Of a stretch of 64,000 nucleotides of DNA, positions 49,578-61,305 are shown piece after piece. Under the pieces are notes generated by a model. The model was not told where the DNA came from. It saw nothing but the letters and a program-made list of their open reading frames with translations, and did not search any database. Position 1 is the first letter of the stretch. Each line of letters starts with the position of its first letter. The stretch is from Okamejei kenojei (lineage: Eukaryota). Position numbers and translations under genes: made by a program. The stretch covers positions 18,848,001-18,912,000 of the forward strand of contig CM069163.1 of assembly GCA_035221665.1 (NCBI GenBank). The letters are read 5' to 3'.

Positions 49578-50027
49578 TCACTAATCAAAGTTGGCCCTTC
49601 TGCCCAACTCAAGATGCCCATCCAAGCTAGTCCCATTTACCTATATTTGGTCATTTCACTCTAAATCGTTACTACCAATGTACCTGTCCAACTCTTGTTG
49701 TCCCACCCGCCTCAACAACTTCCTCTGGCAGCTTGTTCCATCGCTCAGGTTAAATATAGAATCTCTCACAGCAGTAGCAGGCCATTCAGCTCATTCATGC
49801 TCGTGCTGTGTGCTTGACTAATACCATACCCCTCTCTTTCCATGTAAACGATACCATCACAGATATTTATCGAATACCGTCGCGAAACTTGCTGTTGAAT
49901 CAGTTTCCCCTGCGCTTTCAGGAAGTGCAGTCACGATCATGTGAACCCAGTGTAAACCATGATGGTTCTTTTGCCTGAGCGATATGTAATAGCTATACTT
50001 GGCAAGATATTTGTGGAGCTAAACTAA

Positions 50028-50336
50028 TAGCCCTGTCCCACAGTACGAGTTCATTCCAAGAGCTCCCCCGAGTTTGCCCTGATTCGAACTCGGAGATTTA
50101 CGGTAATGGTCGCTCGTCGGTACTCTGGGGCTCTCGTGGACATTTTTCATCATGTTGAAAAATCTTCACGAGTCTTCCCGTGCTTACCTGCCGTTGGCGA
50201 GTCTTCCCGAGTACCTGCCGTTAGCGTTACGAGCCACTAAGTGACGTCCCCGAGCTCCGACGCACCCGCTACGTTCATTCTCCGTGCTTACCACGAGTTC
50301 GATTTTTTTTTAACTTGGGAGAGCTCTTGGAATGAA
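50028..50336. mobile_element. Related palindromic MITE, right TIR truncated
   Basis: TAGCCCTGTCCCACAGTACGAGTTCATTCCAAGAGCTC ... GAGCTCTTGGAATGAA. Confidence 0.65.
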
Positions 50337-50875
50337 AGGCCTCCCATGGGCAAACAGAAGAGACAGCTATCCCTTAGCTCCATCCTTAGATTAGAACTGA
50401 ATGTGTATCTCTGCTGATTGTAATAGACTGACTGAGCATGTTTTATCTTCCCATAAAACAGTTGCTGGACTTTGGACATCTGCAATGTGAAGCACCTGCA
50501 GGTGTTTTAATATTGTACATTAATGCACCAAACAGTAAATGGTTCACCACCTGAATAAATCCAGTTCAGATTTTTCTATGCACCTTTTGGAGACTCTGCA
50601 TAGTAAACTTTTGCTCTCATAGTATCAAAGGCACTTTTTTTTTAAACTGGTCTTAATACTGCTCAGACACTGTCATCTTAGGGAGCCAGTTTTTTAATTA
50701 GTGATAGGTTTCACACACCATCCCCATTTTAATTAAAAGGTAGGCAGAACATTGATCATAAGAAGTTATATTCTCGGCAGATTCCATCTGAGTCCATAGC
50801 ATAACAACTGCGAGCCTGTGGTGACTTTAACATAATAAATCGTCCTGGGCCTCTTCTTGGAGATATAACCAAACA

Positions 50876-51092
50876 TCGGGGTAACGTGAGGGGGAACTTC
50901 TTTACTCAGAGGGTGGTGGCTGTGTGGAATCAGCTTCCAGCAGAAGTGGATAGGTATATGGACATGAAGGGAATGGAGGGGTATGGTCTGAGTGCAGGTA
51001 GATGGGACTAGGAGAAAACAAATGGTCGGCACGGACTGGAAAGGCCGAGAGGGCCTGTTTCCGTGCTGTAATTGTTATATGGTTATATGGTT
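50876..51092 (+). mobile_element. CR1 3' end (TTATATGG-tail subfamily)
   Basis: Nearly identical to about 12996-13261, with an internal deletion. Confidence 0.85.
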
Positions 51093-51774
51093 AAAATTAA
51101 CTCTGGGTCACATAAGGGGTACTGGGCTAAATTATCACAAAAGGACACATTTTAAGGAGTTTAAAAAGAGAATTTGATCGAGGGAGGAAAATCTGGAGCT
51201 CAATGTTCATTGTGCCAGAATTCGACACTGCATCCATTTAATTCGCCACATGTTCCCAAAGACCCCCCCCCCCCCCCCAGGTTCGACCACCCACTTACAT
51301 AATAGGGTGAATTAACAGTGGCCAGTTGACCTACCGACCCAATCAGCTGAAGGTGGAGCTTACAGTGGTGGATCGGAGAATGCCATTGAGTTTAAACCAC
51401 TACCTTGAGAGGGGTTCCAAGATTTCCAAGGTCACCTTACAATACAGGTAACTTTCTGGTAGAAGCTATAATTTTGTCTTCCTTCAACAAGCTATTAATG
51501 GTTAGGCAGGGAATAGAAATTGATTTCAACTCGGGGCCAGCAAATCAAGGATTTTAATGATTCACTGAGTGCATAATGTGAGAGTCACACACTGAAGGAA
51601 AAGCCATGCACACAGTAATGGCTTGTTAATGTTTGACAAGACTTCACCTCTGGCACTTTACTGGCATGATTCATAGGCAACTCTGTGCTGGCCTGGATGA
51701 GTATAGCTGCAACAGAATCCAAGCAGCCCGTCAATCAGGACAAAGCAGAGGCTTGACTTGGACTCCATCTAAAC

Positions 51775-52334
51775 CAGGGGTGGGGATCCTGCGGCCTTAA
51801 GGCCTCATGCGGCCTTCTAGGCCATTAAGTGCGGCCTTTTGAATGAATCCAAATTTTGTCAAACAAATCCTTTTATTTGTATTAATATGTTTTTGTTCGT
51901 CTTTGATTATTTTTATTTGAATCTTAAAATGAACGTATTTAAAATACCAAAGAGTAAAAGAAGATTCAACGAAATAATCCTCCCCTCACGAAAAATGCTT
52001 TCTTGCGTTTCAACCACTTATTGCTGCGAATCTATATTCTCTTACCTAACCCAAATCAAGACACCTTTAAGGTCACAAATGACAGATACCCATCTAGCTG
52101 AAACTGCGTACCTCCATGTTACAACCAAGTATTCAAATGCTTTCCCTCAAAAAGCAGTCACAACAAAGTCAGCAAAAGGTTAGTTAACTTTAGAATGAAC
52201 AACATCCTTTCATTTTCTTGAAGTTAGTACATAGTAGTTAGATTTTTACAAAATAATGAAGTATATCTAATTGAAGTTTCTTGTATGCAGCCTTATATAT
52301 TACAGCTAACTTAATGCGGCCTTCCCCACTCCTG
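51775..52334 (+). mobile_element. hAT (Charlie/Buster/SPIN-like) deletion derivative
   Basis: TIRs CAGGGGTGGGGA / TTCCCCACTCCTG; 8-bp TSD ATCTAAAC / ATCTAAAT; subterminal TGCGGCC repeats; dimerization-domain remnant STTYCCESIFSYLTQIKTPLRSQMTDTHL. Confidence 0.85.
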
Positions 52335-52396
52335 ATCTAAATATTGACTCTGTTCACCATCAATACAGTGTGACTGCAATGCGTAAATACATCGTC

Positions 52397-52765
52397 TAGG
52401 GTGCCTGCCACCCTGGCCATTTCCTTTTCCCTCTTCCACCATTTGTGAGGAGATAAGGGAGCTTGAAAAAAACGAGACGTCCCAACTTTAAGAACAACTT
52501 CATGCCCGCTGCCATCACTCCTGAAACCATCGCTTTTTTTAATACCACATTCCCAGAGGGTCTGCTACGTACTCTAAACTCCACCCCATTGGTGTTTCTA
52601 TTATTGTACTTTAATATTCTTTTGCACTACAATCTTACATCATCCTTTTGCACTCATATTTATTGTTGCATTTATCAATACTCTATGTACTTTGTTTACT
52701 CTGAGCTCAATGTGAAATTCATTGCATCCTGGTATAGATAACAATAACCTAATCTGTAATCTGTA
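52397..52765 (+). mobile_element. Rex1/Babar-like LINE 3' end
   Basis: HPGHFLF.LPP...R..SLK...FKNNFMPAAI remnant plus 3' UTR and (AATCTGT) tail. Confidence 0.6.
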
Positions 52766-54138
52766 AAATAAGATGTCAAACTCAATTTGTCAGCAACAGC
52801 AGGGTTTTAATGGGCTGTCCAGAGAAATATTGTGTATCACCATGGCAATGCCCTCTCTACTTTCCCGTGACTGCCTCATCGTTCATTAATATTTAGGGCA
52901 AGACAAGCTACAGGGGACACTCTAACTACCAAGAAACCAGCAGGAATGGTGATGCTGAGCACATTGTTACGATGTGTTTTTATTGGACATGGCAGGCTGT
53001 CTTTGTTATATTCCTTCCCTCTAATAAACTGCTGCACCGCCCTCCTCTTCTGCTTGTCCAGAGAACAAAGAGTGTCAAACGACAGCTCTGGTTGATTACA
53101 GCATCCGTAATGTCAAAGGGGTTTTTAACAGTAACTCTTTTGCGGAACTCCTGAAGGCTCTTGGCCCAAATGCCAGTTCGACATCCAGAACGGCCCGAAT
53201 CACGGCACCACGGTAACCGGCCTTTGACGCTACTGTGGTGGGAATGAGTTGTTGTCCATCTCCCACAAAGTGTGTTGTCCAAGGAAAACGGTAGTGTGTG
53301 CTGAGGTTCATCCCTTGCTCGCTCTATCCCAGGGCTCTATGGACTGTTCTCTGTGATGCACACAGAGACAAACATTAATTGCTGCTGGTTTATCAGTAGC
53401 TCAGTGAAAAATACAATTTTGGTCTGCCCGGAACCTGTTGGTCATCAAGTACAGGGAGCTGCTCGTAACTGTGTGTTGCCAACTGGCACATTCCATGCAG
53501 GATTACGTGCGGCGGGAGGGGCTGGCGCGTAGTACAGCTGCCGCGAAGGCTCTGTGAGGAAATGCCATAGTTTAAGGCATTCCCACAACAGCCCACGGAG
53601 GCTGGGCTCTGCAAAGCAAACCTCTCAGACAGAGAATGATTGGGATGCCTTGCTGACATCATGTAACTATGGTAAACAGATGTACTACAAGGTACACAGA
53701 CAATGGATGAGTAGCATATTATGCAATTGCAAGTTTACTCATGAAGTATATATATATATATATATATTGTTAGAAATAAAACTTTCAGATCTCCATAACG
53801 GGTGAAATCTAGAAATAGTTTGGTGGGCTTTTGTTGCCTTATCTTCAACAGTGTTCTGCACAGGTGCTCCTCAATGCCTTCTGCAAATTCTCTTCTGTGT
53901 CTCTTTAGTTTGTCCAAACAGCAGAGACTCTGGCAGCTTAGGGGCTAACCCGGAGTCACTGCAGACTGACAAGCCTGACCACCACCCAGCCCCAAGCTAC
54001 ATGTGGACACGCAACACTATTGCTGTCGAAGGGTCTTGGGGTCAGCAAACATTAGCAGTTTCCCCACTGGCCAACGTGGGTCAAGTGCGGTGGGGCAGTA
54101 TCGTTGAGATCCCCTACTCTGGTCTGATGTGGGCCCAG

Positions 54139-54295
54139 CATAGAAACATAGAAAATAGGTGCAGGAGGAGGAGGCCATTCGGCCCTTCGCACCGCCATTC
54201 ATTGTGATCATGGCTGATCGTCCCCAATCAATAACCCGTGCCTGCCTTCTCCCCATATCCCTTGATTCCACTAGCCCCTAGAGCTCTATCTAACT
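54139..54295 (-). mobile_element. CR1 3' end
   Basis: CATAGAAACATAGAAA tail and reverse complement of GYGEKAG. Confidence 0.85.
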
Positions 54296-55074
54296 AAATT
54301 GATCCAGTACATCATTGTATCAGTGCCCTGGTTCGTCACTGAAAGCTCGAGGGATGCCTGTGCTACTAGACTGTCTTTTGTCTCAAGCTGACAGTAGGTG
54401 TAAGTAGTGTTGTTTTGATTTAAGGTTTAGCCTCTAATCAGGTGTCAGTGCTTGAAAGAAAACAGCTCTTCTCCAAAACATTCAGGCTGCGGCAATGAGT
54501 AGAAAAACAAATGCAACTGGGCTGCCTGGCGACATGGTTACAGAGGGCAACCATGTCCCACTGTGTCCCAACAACCCGTGTCACTGTTCTCTGGGCATGG
54601 TGGTTGCACTGTGCAAATTCACAAGAAACTGCAGATGCAGACTCTGAAGAAGGGTCCCAACCCAAACCGTTACTGCCTCAATTCCCCCGGGGATGCAGCC
54701 CGCTGCGCTGCTCCAGTGCATTGTGTCTTTTGGCCTACACATGGCTTCAGTATCCAGGGCTGGGAACGAATGGAAAAAAATTAGCAGAGCTTCCCAATGA
54801 GACATATTGCTGAGTGGTGTGTCTGCAGACTTCAAAAAGCAAATTACTAAGATGCTGGAAATCCAAAACGAAAACAGAAACTGCTGGAGGTACTCGACAG
54901 GTTTGGCAGCATTTCCAGAAAGGCCATCAATCTGAAATGCTCTCTCTGCTTCGCTCTCCACAGATACTGCCTGAGCTGCTGGGAGCTTGCAGCATGTTCT
55001 GCTTTTAATCATAAGAGTTTAATTGTGCATTGGTTAGTTGGGGCATTGTAGTCAAAGGTTTATTTGCCTTACAG

Positions 55075-55185
55075 AGCGCAGCGCAGGAGATTGGTGAGGA
55101 GACAGAAGACGGTGCAATCTACACCATAACGCTGAGGAGGGTGCAGGTGCACCACACAGCGAGCAAAGGACAACGATGGCTTGGG
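55075..55185 (+). CDS. RALGDS: RALGDS coding exon 2 (37 aa)
   Basis: SAAQEIGEETEDGAIYTITLRRVQVHHTASKGQRWLG; acceptor TTACAG, donor GGG|GTAGGC; phase 0/0. Confidence 0.93.
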
Positions 55186-55369
55186 GTAGGCATTGATCCA
55201 GTACATCACTACCCAAATCCCACAGCGCCAGGACCACACCAACTCCCACCAGTAACCCCCTCACGGTTGCTATTAGCAGCATTCAAAATAATTGCTTTGA
55301 ATGATCATTAAAGACGAAGGTGTAGAAGAACAAGCGATACATTTGCATTTCTGTCACACCTGTCAGCTG

Positions 55370-56030
55370 GAAGGAGCGCAGAGGTTGCGTGCGAGGATGT
55401 GGCCAGGACTTGAGGGCTGGAGCTGTTGGGAAAGTTTGGGCAGGCTAGGTCTTTATTCCTTGGAGTGCAGGACAACGAGGGGTGATCTTATAGAGGTGTA
55501 TAAAATCATGAGGTAAACAGGCATATATTTTTCCCAGAATAGAGGTACCAAAAACTAGAGAGCACAGTTTAGTTTAGTTTAATGTCACCTGTACCACGGT
55601 ACATTGAAAACCTGTATTGTATTGCGTGCTAACGAGTCAGCGAAAAGACAATACATGATTACAATCGAGCCATCCACAGTGTACAGATAAAGGGAATAAC
55701 GTGAATAATGTTTAGCGCAAGATAAAGCTAGTAAAGTCTGATCATAGATAGTCCGAGGGTGTTTTTAATGTGTGAGAGGAAAGATTTAATAGGAACCTGA
55801 AGGGCAACTTTTTCACTCAGAGGGTGAGGGGTATTCAGGAGGACCTGCCAGACCAGCTAGTTGAGGCAGCTACAATAACAGCATTTTAAAAACATTTGGA
55901 CAGGTACATGGATAGGAAAGGTTTGTCCAAACACAGGCAAATGGGACTGGCTTAGATTGAGCATTTTGGTCGGCATGGATGAGTTGGGCTGAGGGCTTGT
56001 TTTCATGCCTCGTGGCTCTGCGACTCTATC
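55370..56030 (+). mobile_element. Degenerate CR1 3' region with an inserted minus-strand LINE tail (about 55570-55760)
   Basis: LGRLGLYSLECR..RGDLIEVYKIMR, FFTQRV remnant; GTTTAGTTTAGTTTAATGTC insert. Confidence 0.65.
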
Positions 56031-56369
56031 CACTGTTTCTCCCTCAATGTATGCTCTTGAAGGCTGTGTGCGTCTGGCCATTTGGATTACTTACACTGGG
56101 ATTTCTAGCTTACTTTCATGTCTGATTGGCTTGTGTTACTCAGCCCCTCCCTGGATAATTTTGCCCGAGTCATCAAAGGAGCTGCATTTAGGGCTGTAAT
56201 AATGTTTTATTATTTATGCAATACCAAGCAGCAGCGGGCAAGAAGCTGACCTTGTCCCAGACCATTTCAACAGCAGTGATACCAGGGTGTTCAGTTCAGA
56301 ATGTCTTGTCCACAGTTTAATGCTTTTAACCCTGGGTCCCTTGCATCCTAACATGATGTGCATCTCACT

Positions 56370-56570
56370 GGAAGCACTCAGCAGATCAGGCAGCATCTCT
56401 ATCCGGGAATGGACAGGTGACGTTTTGGGTTGGGACTCTTCTGTAGATTGGAGAAGGTTCTCGACCCAAAACTTCACCTGTTCATTTTCTTCACCGATAC
56501 TGACTGACCGGCTGAGTTCCTCCAGCACTCTGTGCTTTGCTCACGATTCCATCATCTGCGGTTCCTCGTA
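56370..56570. mobile_element. Fold-back Penelope-derived mini-element just upstream of the exon 3 acceptor
   Basis: CTGGAAGCACTCAGCAGATCAGGCAGCATCT...GACGTTTTGGGT ... ACCCAAAACTTCACCTG...GCTGAGTTCCTCCAGCA. Confidence 0.6.
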
Positions 56571-56603
56571 CCCCCATGACCTGCCTCTGCTTCTTCTTAA
56601 CAG

Positions 56604-56796
56604 GTGGAGAATGAGTCTGCCATGAATCTGTACGAAACCTGCAAATTCGGACCATCAAGGCCGGGACCCTGGAGAAACTGGTGGAATACCTGGTATCAGC
56701 CTTTAAAGGCAATGACTCCACCTACGTCACCATCTTCCTCTGCACTTACCGGGCCTTCGCATCAACCAAACAAGTGTTGGACCTACTGCTCAACAG
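56604..56796 (+). CDS. RALGDS: RALGDS coding exon 3 (RasGEF N-terminal/REM domain), with apparent 1-nt deletion
   Basis: VENESAMNLYETCK, then after a frame change RTIKAGTLEKLVEYLVSAFKGNDSTYVTIFLCTYRAFASTKQVLDLLLNR. Acceptor TTAACAG, donor CAG|GTGACT. Confidence 0.9.
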
Positions 56797-57560
56797 GTGA
56801 CTGCAGTGGGCTGTCCTGTTCCCTAGAGCGGAGACAGCTGGGGATGGTGACTCAATAGAGGCCGTTATGAGATATAGGGGGGCCTAAATAAAAGTCATTA
56901 GAGTCATTAAAACAGATTAAGGGGAAAGCTCTTCCCAAGGAGCCCTTGCATGTAGAACTCAACATTGTGAGCTCGAGCTGAAGCAAATGCTTTGAAGAGA
57001 AAACTAGTCAAATACTTGAGGCAGAAAGGAATAGGACATTGCAATGAAGAGATGTGTGGAGCCCGAGTGTAATTAACTCAGCTAATGTTTTGTCACTGGC
57101 AGATTCAGTCGAGCTACCCCTGCAGCTTCTCTGGTAAAGAGCTGATGAAAGACTCTGAGGCATGGTGTCCTTTAGTTTATTAAGTGTGGAGGGCTAAGCA
57201 AGAGCCGGCATTCCCATTGTGACAGTTCTGCTCACTCTACAGCTCACCAGTAAAGCTAAAATCTGGCTTTTCAAATTGAGAATGGTTATTTGGCTGAAGT
57301 GTTGGATGGTGAAACTGCACTCCAGTTAGAGTCTTTCATCTCTTGACCCAGCACAACTGGCCCAGCAGAAACCCTCAGACCACTGCTCAAACCCCCTGGA
57401 ATCTGCATGGTGCATCACCAGCTGGTCCAGCAGAGAGAATGGATCAAACCTGAGTCCTTTAGAACGAGAAGCTACAGTAACTGGATATTCGGTCTCATCA
57501 ACTTGTTTTCCCTTTATATAACCCAAACTCATTTGTTTAACTCTCTCGTGTTTCTTACAG

Positions 57561-57632
57561 ATATGGAAATTTGCATCAAATGAATGGAGATGTTTCTAAA
57601 CTTACGCCTGATGACAGGATGGAATTGAAAAA
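57561..57632 (+). CDS. RALGDS: RALGDS coding exon 4
   Basis: (R)YGNLHQMNGDVSKLTPDDRMELK(N); acceptor TTTCTTACAG, donor AA|GTAAGG. Phase 2/2 fits both neighbours. Confidence 0.85.
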
Positions 57633-57686
57633 GTAAGGCCTTTTGTGTACCAGTACTTCTACTGCCTTATTAATCATTTATCTCAG

Positions 57687-58216
57687 AATTTGAGGAACGA
57701 CATTCTTGCTATTTAGGGAGTGCAGCGTAGGTTAACAAGGTTAATTCCAGGGTTGGCGGAACTGTCATATGCTGAGAGAATGGAGCAGCTGGGCTTGTAC
57801 ATCCTGGAGTTTAGAAGGATGAGAGGGGAATCTCATTGAAACATATAAGATTGTTAAAGGTTTGGACACGCTAGAGGCAGGAAACATGTTCCCGATGTTG
57901 GGGGAGTCCAGAACCAGGGGCCACAGTTTAAGAATAAGGAATAAGCCATTTAGAACGGAGACGAGGAAACACTTTTTCTCACAGAGAGTGGCGAGTCTGT
58001 GGAATTCTCTGCCAACAGAGGACAGTGGAGGCGGGTTCTCTGGAAGCTTTCAAGAGAAGAGCTAGATAGGGCTCTTAAAAATAACAGAGTCAGGGGATAT
58101 GGGGAGAAGGCAGGAACGGGGTACTGATTGGGGATGATCAGCCATGATCACATTGAATGGCGGTGCTGGCTCGAAGGGCCGAATGGCCTACTCCTGCAAC
58201 TATAGTCTATTGTCTA
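57687..58216 (+). mobile_element. CR1 LINE 3' region
   Basis: GVQRRLTRLIPG...LEAGNMFPMLGESRTRGHSLRIR...FFSQRV.SLWNSLP; CTATTGT tail. Confidence 0.9.
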
Positions 58217-58946
58217 ATACTGAGTAACAGTTCTTTCTAATACTTGTTGCATTCTGAAAAGAACAGTACTGTCAAATTAGAATTGTTGTTATTTTTGAGG
58301 GAGGGTTATTTCTAGGTGCCAAGCTTTATTGCTTTGCACATTTGTGCTGTGCTAGTGAGTGCTGAGGGGATTGGTTCTGCTTAGATGTGGGCTGTATGTT
58401 TGATGTTCTTTGGAAGCAGTTTAATTCTCATTGACCTTTGCTCATACATAAACAGATGCTCTGACGATTGGGCCTTGTTTTTCTTTGGTAAGGGGAAAAA
58501 ACTCTAAACCTATCCCTGGAGGTTTTAAGGCCTGAATTCCATGCAAGCCAGGTTAGTCAGTGGGGGAGACGAGGTAGACAAACTTCCTTTACCCTCTACA
58601 GTCAGTGCTTGGCGATCCATGAAAATGTTTATTATTTATTCACGAGGCTTGGGCAGCATTTTTTTCACATCTCTCATTTTCCCCTGAACCAAGATGGTTG
58701 CATGACTATTTCCGATGGCAATTAAGGGTCGACCCTTTAGTGTGAAGGAGTCGGGCATGAATTGGGGATAGGTAAGGGTGGCAGCGTTTTTACCCGTCAA
58801 TGAATCGTAGTCATTGAGCCGTACGGCACGAAATATGCCCTTCAGCCAGCCCACGAGCCTTGGTAGTACAGCCGTTTGCTGTTTGTCATAAAGCATTGGT
58901 CATTCATCGCCAGGTGGTCACATGCTTTTTTGTATTCTTCTTTCAG

Positions 58947-59137
58947 TACCATTTCAAACATTCTTGGAGCCTGGCTCGATCAGTATTCTGAAGATTTCAG
59001 GAAGCCACCGGATTATTCCTGCTTGAAGCACCTATACACTTACATCCATCAGATGTTTCCCGGTTCGGATCTGCAACGCCGTGCTCATGTCCTTCTTGGC
59101 TCATTCCAAAGGCACAAAGAGCTGGACCTTGTTCAAG
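58947..59137 (+). CDS. RALGDS: RALGDS coding exon 5 (REM domain)
   Basis: (N)TISNILGAWLDQYSEDFRKPPDYSCLKHLYTYIHQMFPGSDLQRRAHVLLGSFQRHKELDLVQ; acceptor TCTTTCAG, donor AAG|GTAGGT; phase 2/1. Confidence 0.93.
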
Positions 59138-60209
59138 GTAGGTTCTTGCAGCACCATGCCCACCCCCACAAACCCCACCCTGTGCACCTTCACTGTCTGC
59201 ACCTTTCAAGAAAAAGGGGCCGCAACACATTCACTTTCTCCTGGCACTTACAGTCTCTCACTTGTAATATTACTTCCTGGCAGTGGGTATAAGATGGATG
59301 TTGGCGATCACCACCACTCACCCTCGCATTGGTGAAGAGGATTACAGAGAGGAGACTCTGTGGGGTTTGTTGCAACCTCACAACTTCAGTCATCCTGGAT
59401 TGATGTGGACCTTTGGTGTTGACGATAGAGCTTGCATCTTCTCCATGTGTGTTTATTCCAGGTGCTCTGGTTTCCTTCCCCAATCAGACACTTGCTGGTT
59501 GGGAGATTCACTAGGTACCTTAAAGTACCCCAACTGTATCTAACAGTGTAGCTGATGGGCATGTGAGAGGGAATAATTTAGATACTCGGATTGATGGGAT
59601 TTCTTTGAAAACAGCAAAGAGTTAACAGGCTAAACAGCTTCCTTCAGTGTCATGAGGAAGTATGAAACATGAGAGATGGAGTGAAGCTAGAAATACAGAC
59701 AAGAACAAAAGATATGTTATTGCTTCTGTGTATGTAAATAATCTCCACAATGTTCCCGTCCCAGCTATTGTGTGTTTCTGGGAATCCAGCAACCTGCTGC
59801 TTGCAATGTGCTGAACACCATATATCCATGTGGTCTGTTGCAGAAGTAAATGCCGGCCCAGTCTGTTCCCATTTATTTTGCTTGCAATGGTTTCTAAAAA
59901 GTTGAATGACCGCAACTCATGTTTACCGATTGCTTGCAACATCCCAAGAATGTTATCAAACTCATTGGAATGTGCAAGGCAAAGAGATTTTAAATAAAAA
60001 ACTACAATATCGTGAAATCCTAAAATAGAAAATGCTAGAGACACTCAGCAGGTCTGGTAGCATTTTTGGAGATAGACAAAGTGCTTATATTTCAGGTTGA
60101 TGATTTTCCACAAAAATCTACCATAAATGATAACTCTGTTTACATTTAGACTGAACTACAAGGAATTTCCAACATTTTCTGCAGATAAATAAGATTTTAA
60201 GCGCACGTC

Positions 60210-60828
60210 CAGGTGGAACGGTAGTGCGGCTGGTAAAGCCGCTGCCTCACAGCCAAAGACCCGGGTTCGATTCTAACCTTGGGTGCTGTCTGTGTGGAGT
60301 TTGCACGTTCTCCCTGTGACCTCGTGGCTTTCCACCCACATCCCAAGGAATTGTGGGTCTGTAGGTTGATTGGACTCAGTGCAATTGTTCGGAGAGTGTA
60401 TGGAGAGGTGGGGGACGATCCCCCCCCCATGTTTTGTAATCCAGACTTTATCAGACGCTTTCCAAGGGCTGAATCGGCCCCTGGCGCAGCTTAAAATCAG
60501 ACTGCTGCATCGGGGCGATCGAGGCTCGCGATGATGAAGCCGCTCCTGGCCGATGAAAGGCCTCATGAACGTGCCGATTAAAGCCCCACGATTCGGGGCA
60601 GGTGAAACTAATGTTGCTGGAGTTCGGAGTCGGTCATCAACCAGGTCGGCTCCCGATGTTACCGTCCACAGGGGCCACGGCCAAATCCGCGCGCGGGTGT
60701 GTGTGTGCGTGCGCGCGGCCGCCAAGAAATTGTGTCCCCCGCATGTTTTGATAGCGATTTCCGTGCCTGGTCAGCGTGGACTTGGGCTGAATGACCTGTT
60801 TCCATGCTTTATCTCTAAACTAAACTAG
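60210..60828 (+). mobile_element. V-SINE with a GC-rich insertion (about 60405-60769)
   Basis: tRNA-like head with GGTTCGATTC B-box, V-domain and TAAAC tail, interrupted by a CpG-rich segment ending TTTCCGTGCCTG. Confidence 0.7.
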
Positions 60829-61049
60829 ACGAGATGTTTTTCAAAGAGTACTTTAAAGAAGGAGAAATTGGGATTGGCAAAAGGGACTGAGGAGTGAATT
60901 CTCGGGCCAGACAGTTGAAGACGTAACTGTCAGTGGTGACCAGATTGGACTAGTAAGGGACGGTTGAGAACCTAACCTGTCACTCCTGATCTGACTGTGT
61001 GGTGGATTTAACTGATGGTTGTTGACGATACCTTGTCTTGTGTTTACAG

Positions 61050-61171
61050 CGGCAGATCACCGTAGCTGTACCTTCACGATGGTTGAGGAGAACGGTTTTG
61101 AAGAGCCAAAGCCTGACTTCCTCTCCTTTGTTGCCAATGTGGTGGCCGAACAGTTCACCTTAATGGACGCG
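61050..61171 (+). CDS. RALGDS: RALGDS coding exon 6 (start of CDC25/RasGEF domain)
   Basis: (A)ADHRSCTFTMVEENGFEEPKPDFLSFVANVVAEQFTLMDA; acceptor TTTACAG, donor GCG|GTGAGT; phase 1/0. Confidence 0.92.
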
Positions 61172-61305
61172 GTGAGTGGAGCATGAGGCCTGTCGCTTAC
61201 CGCACTGCCAAAGCTCAGAGATGGTTCCTCCCTTTCCTGTGCCCCGGAGGAACTATTGGCTTGCACTTTAATTTATTTACAGTGTACTGCGTTTCTCTCT
61301 TTGGA

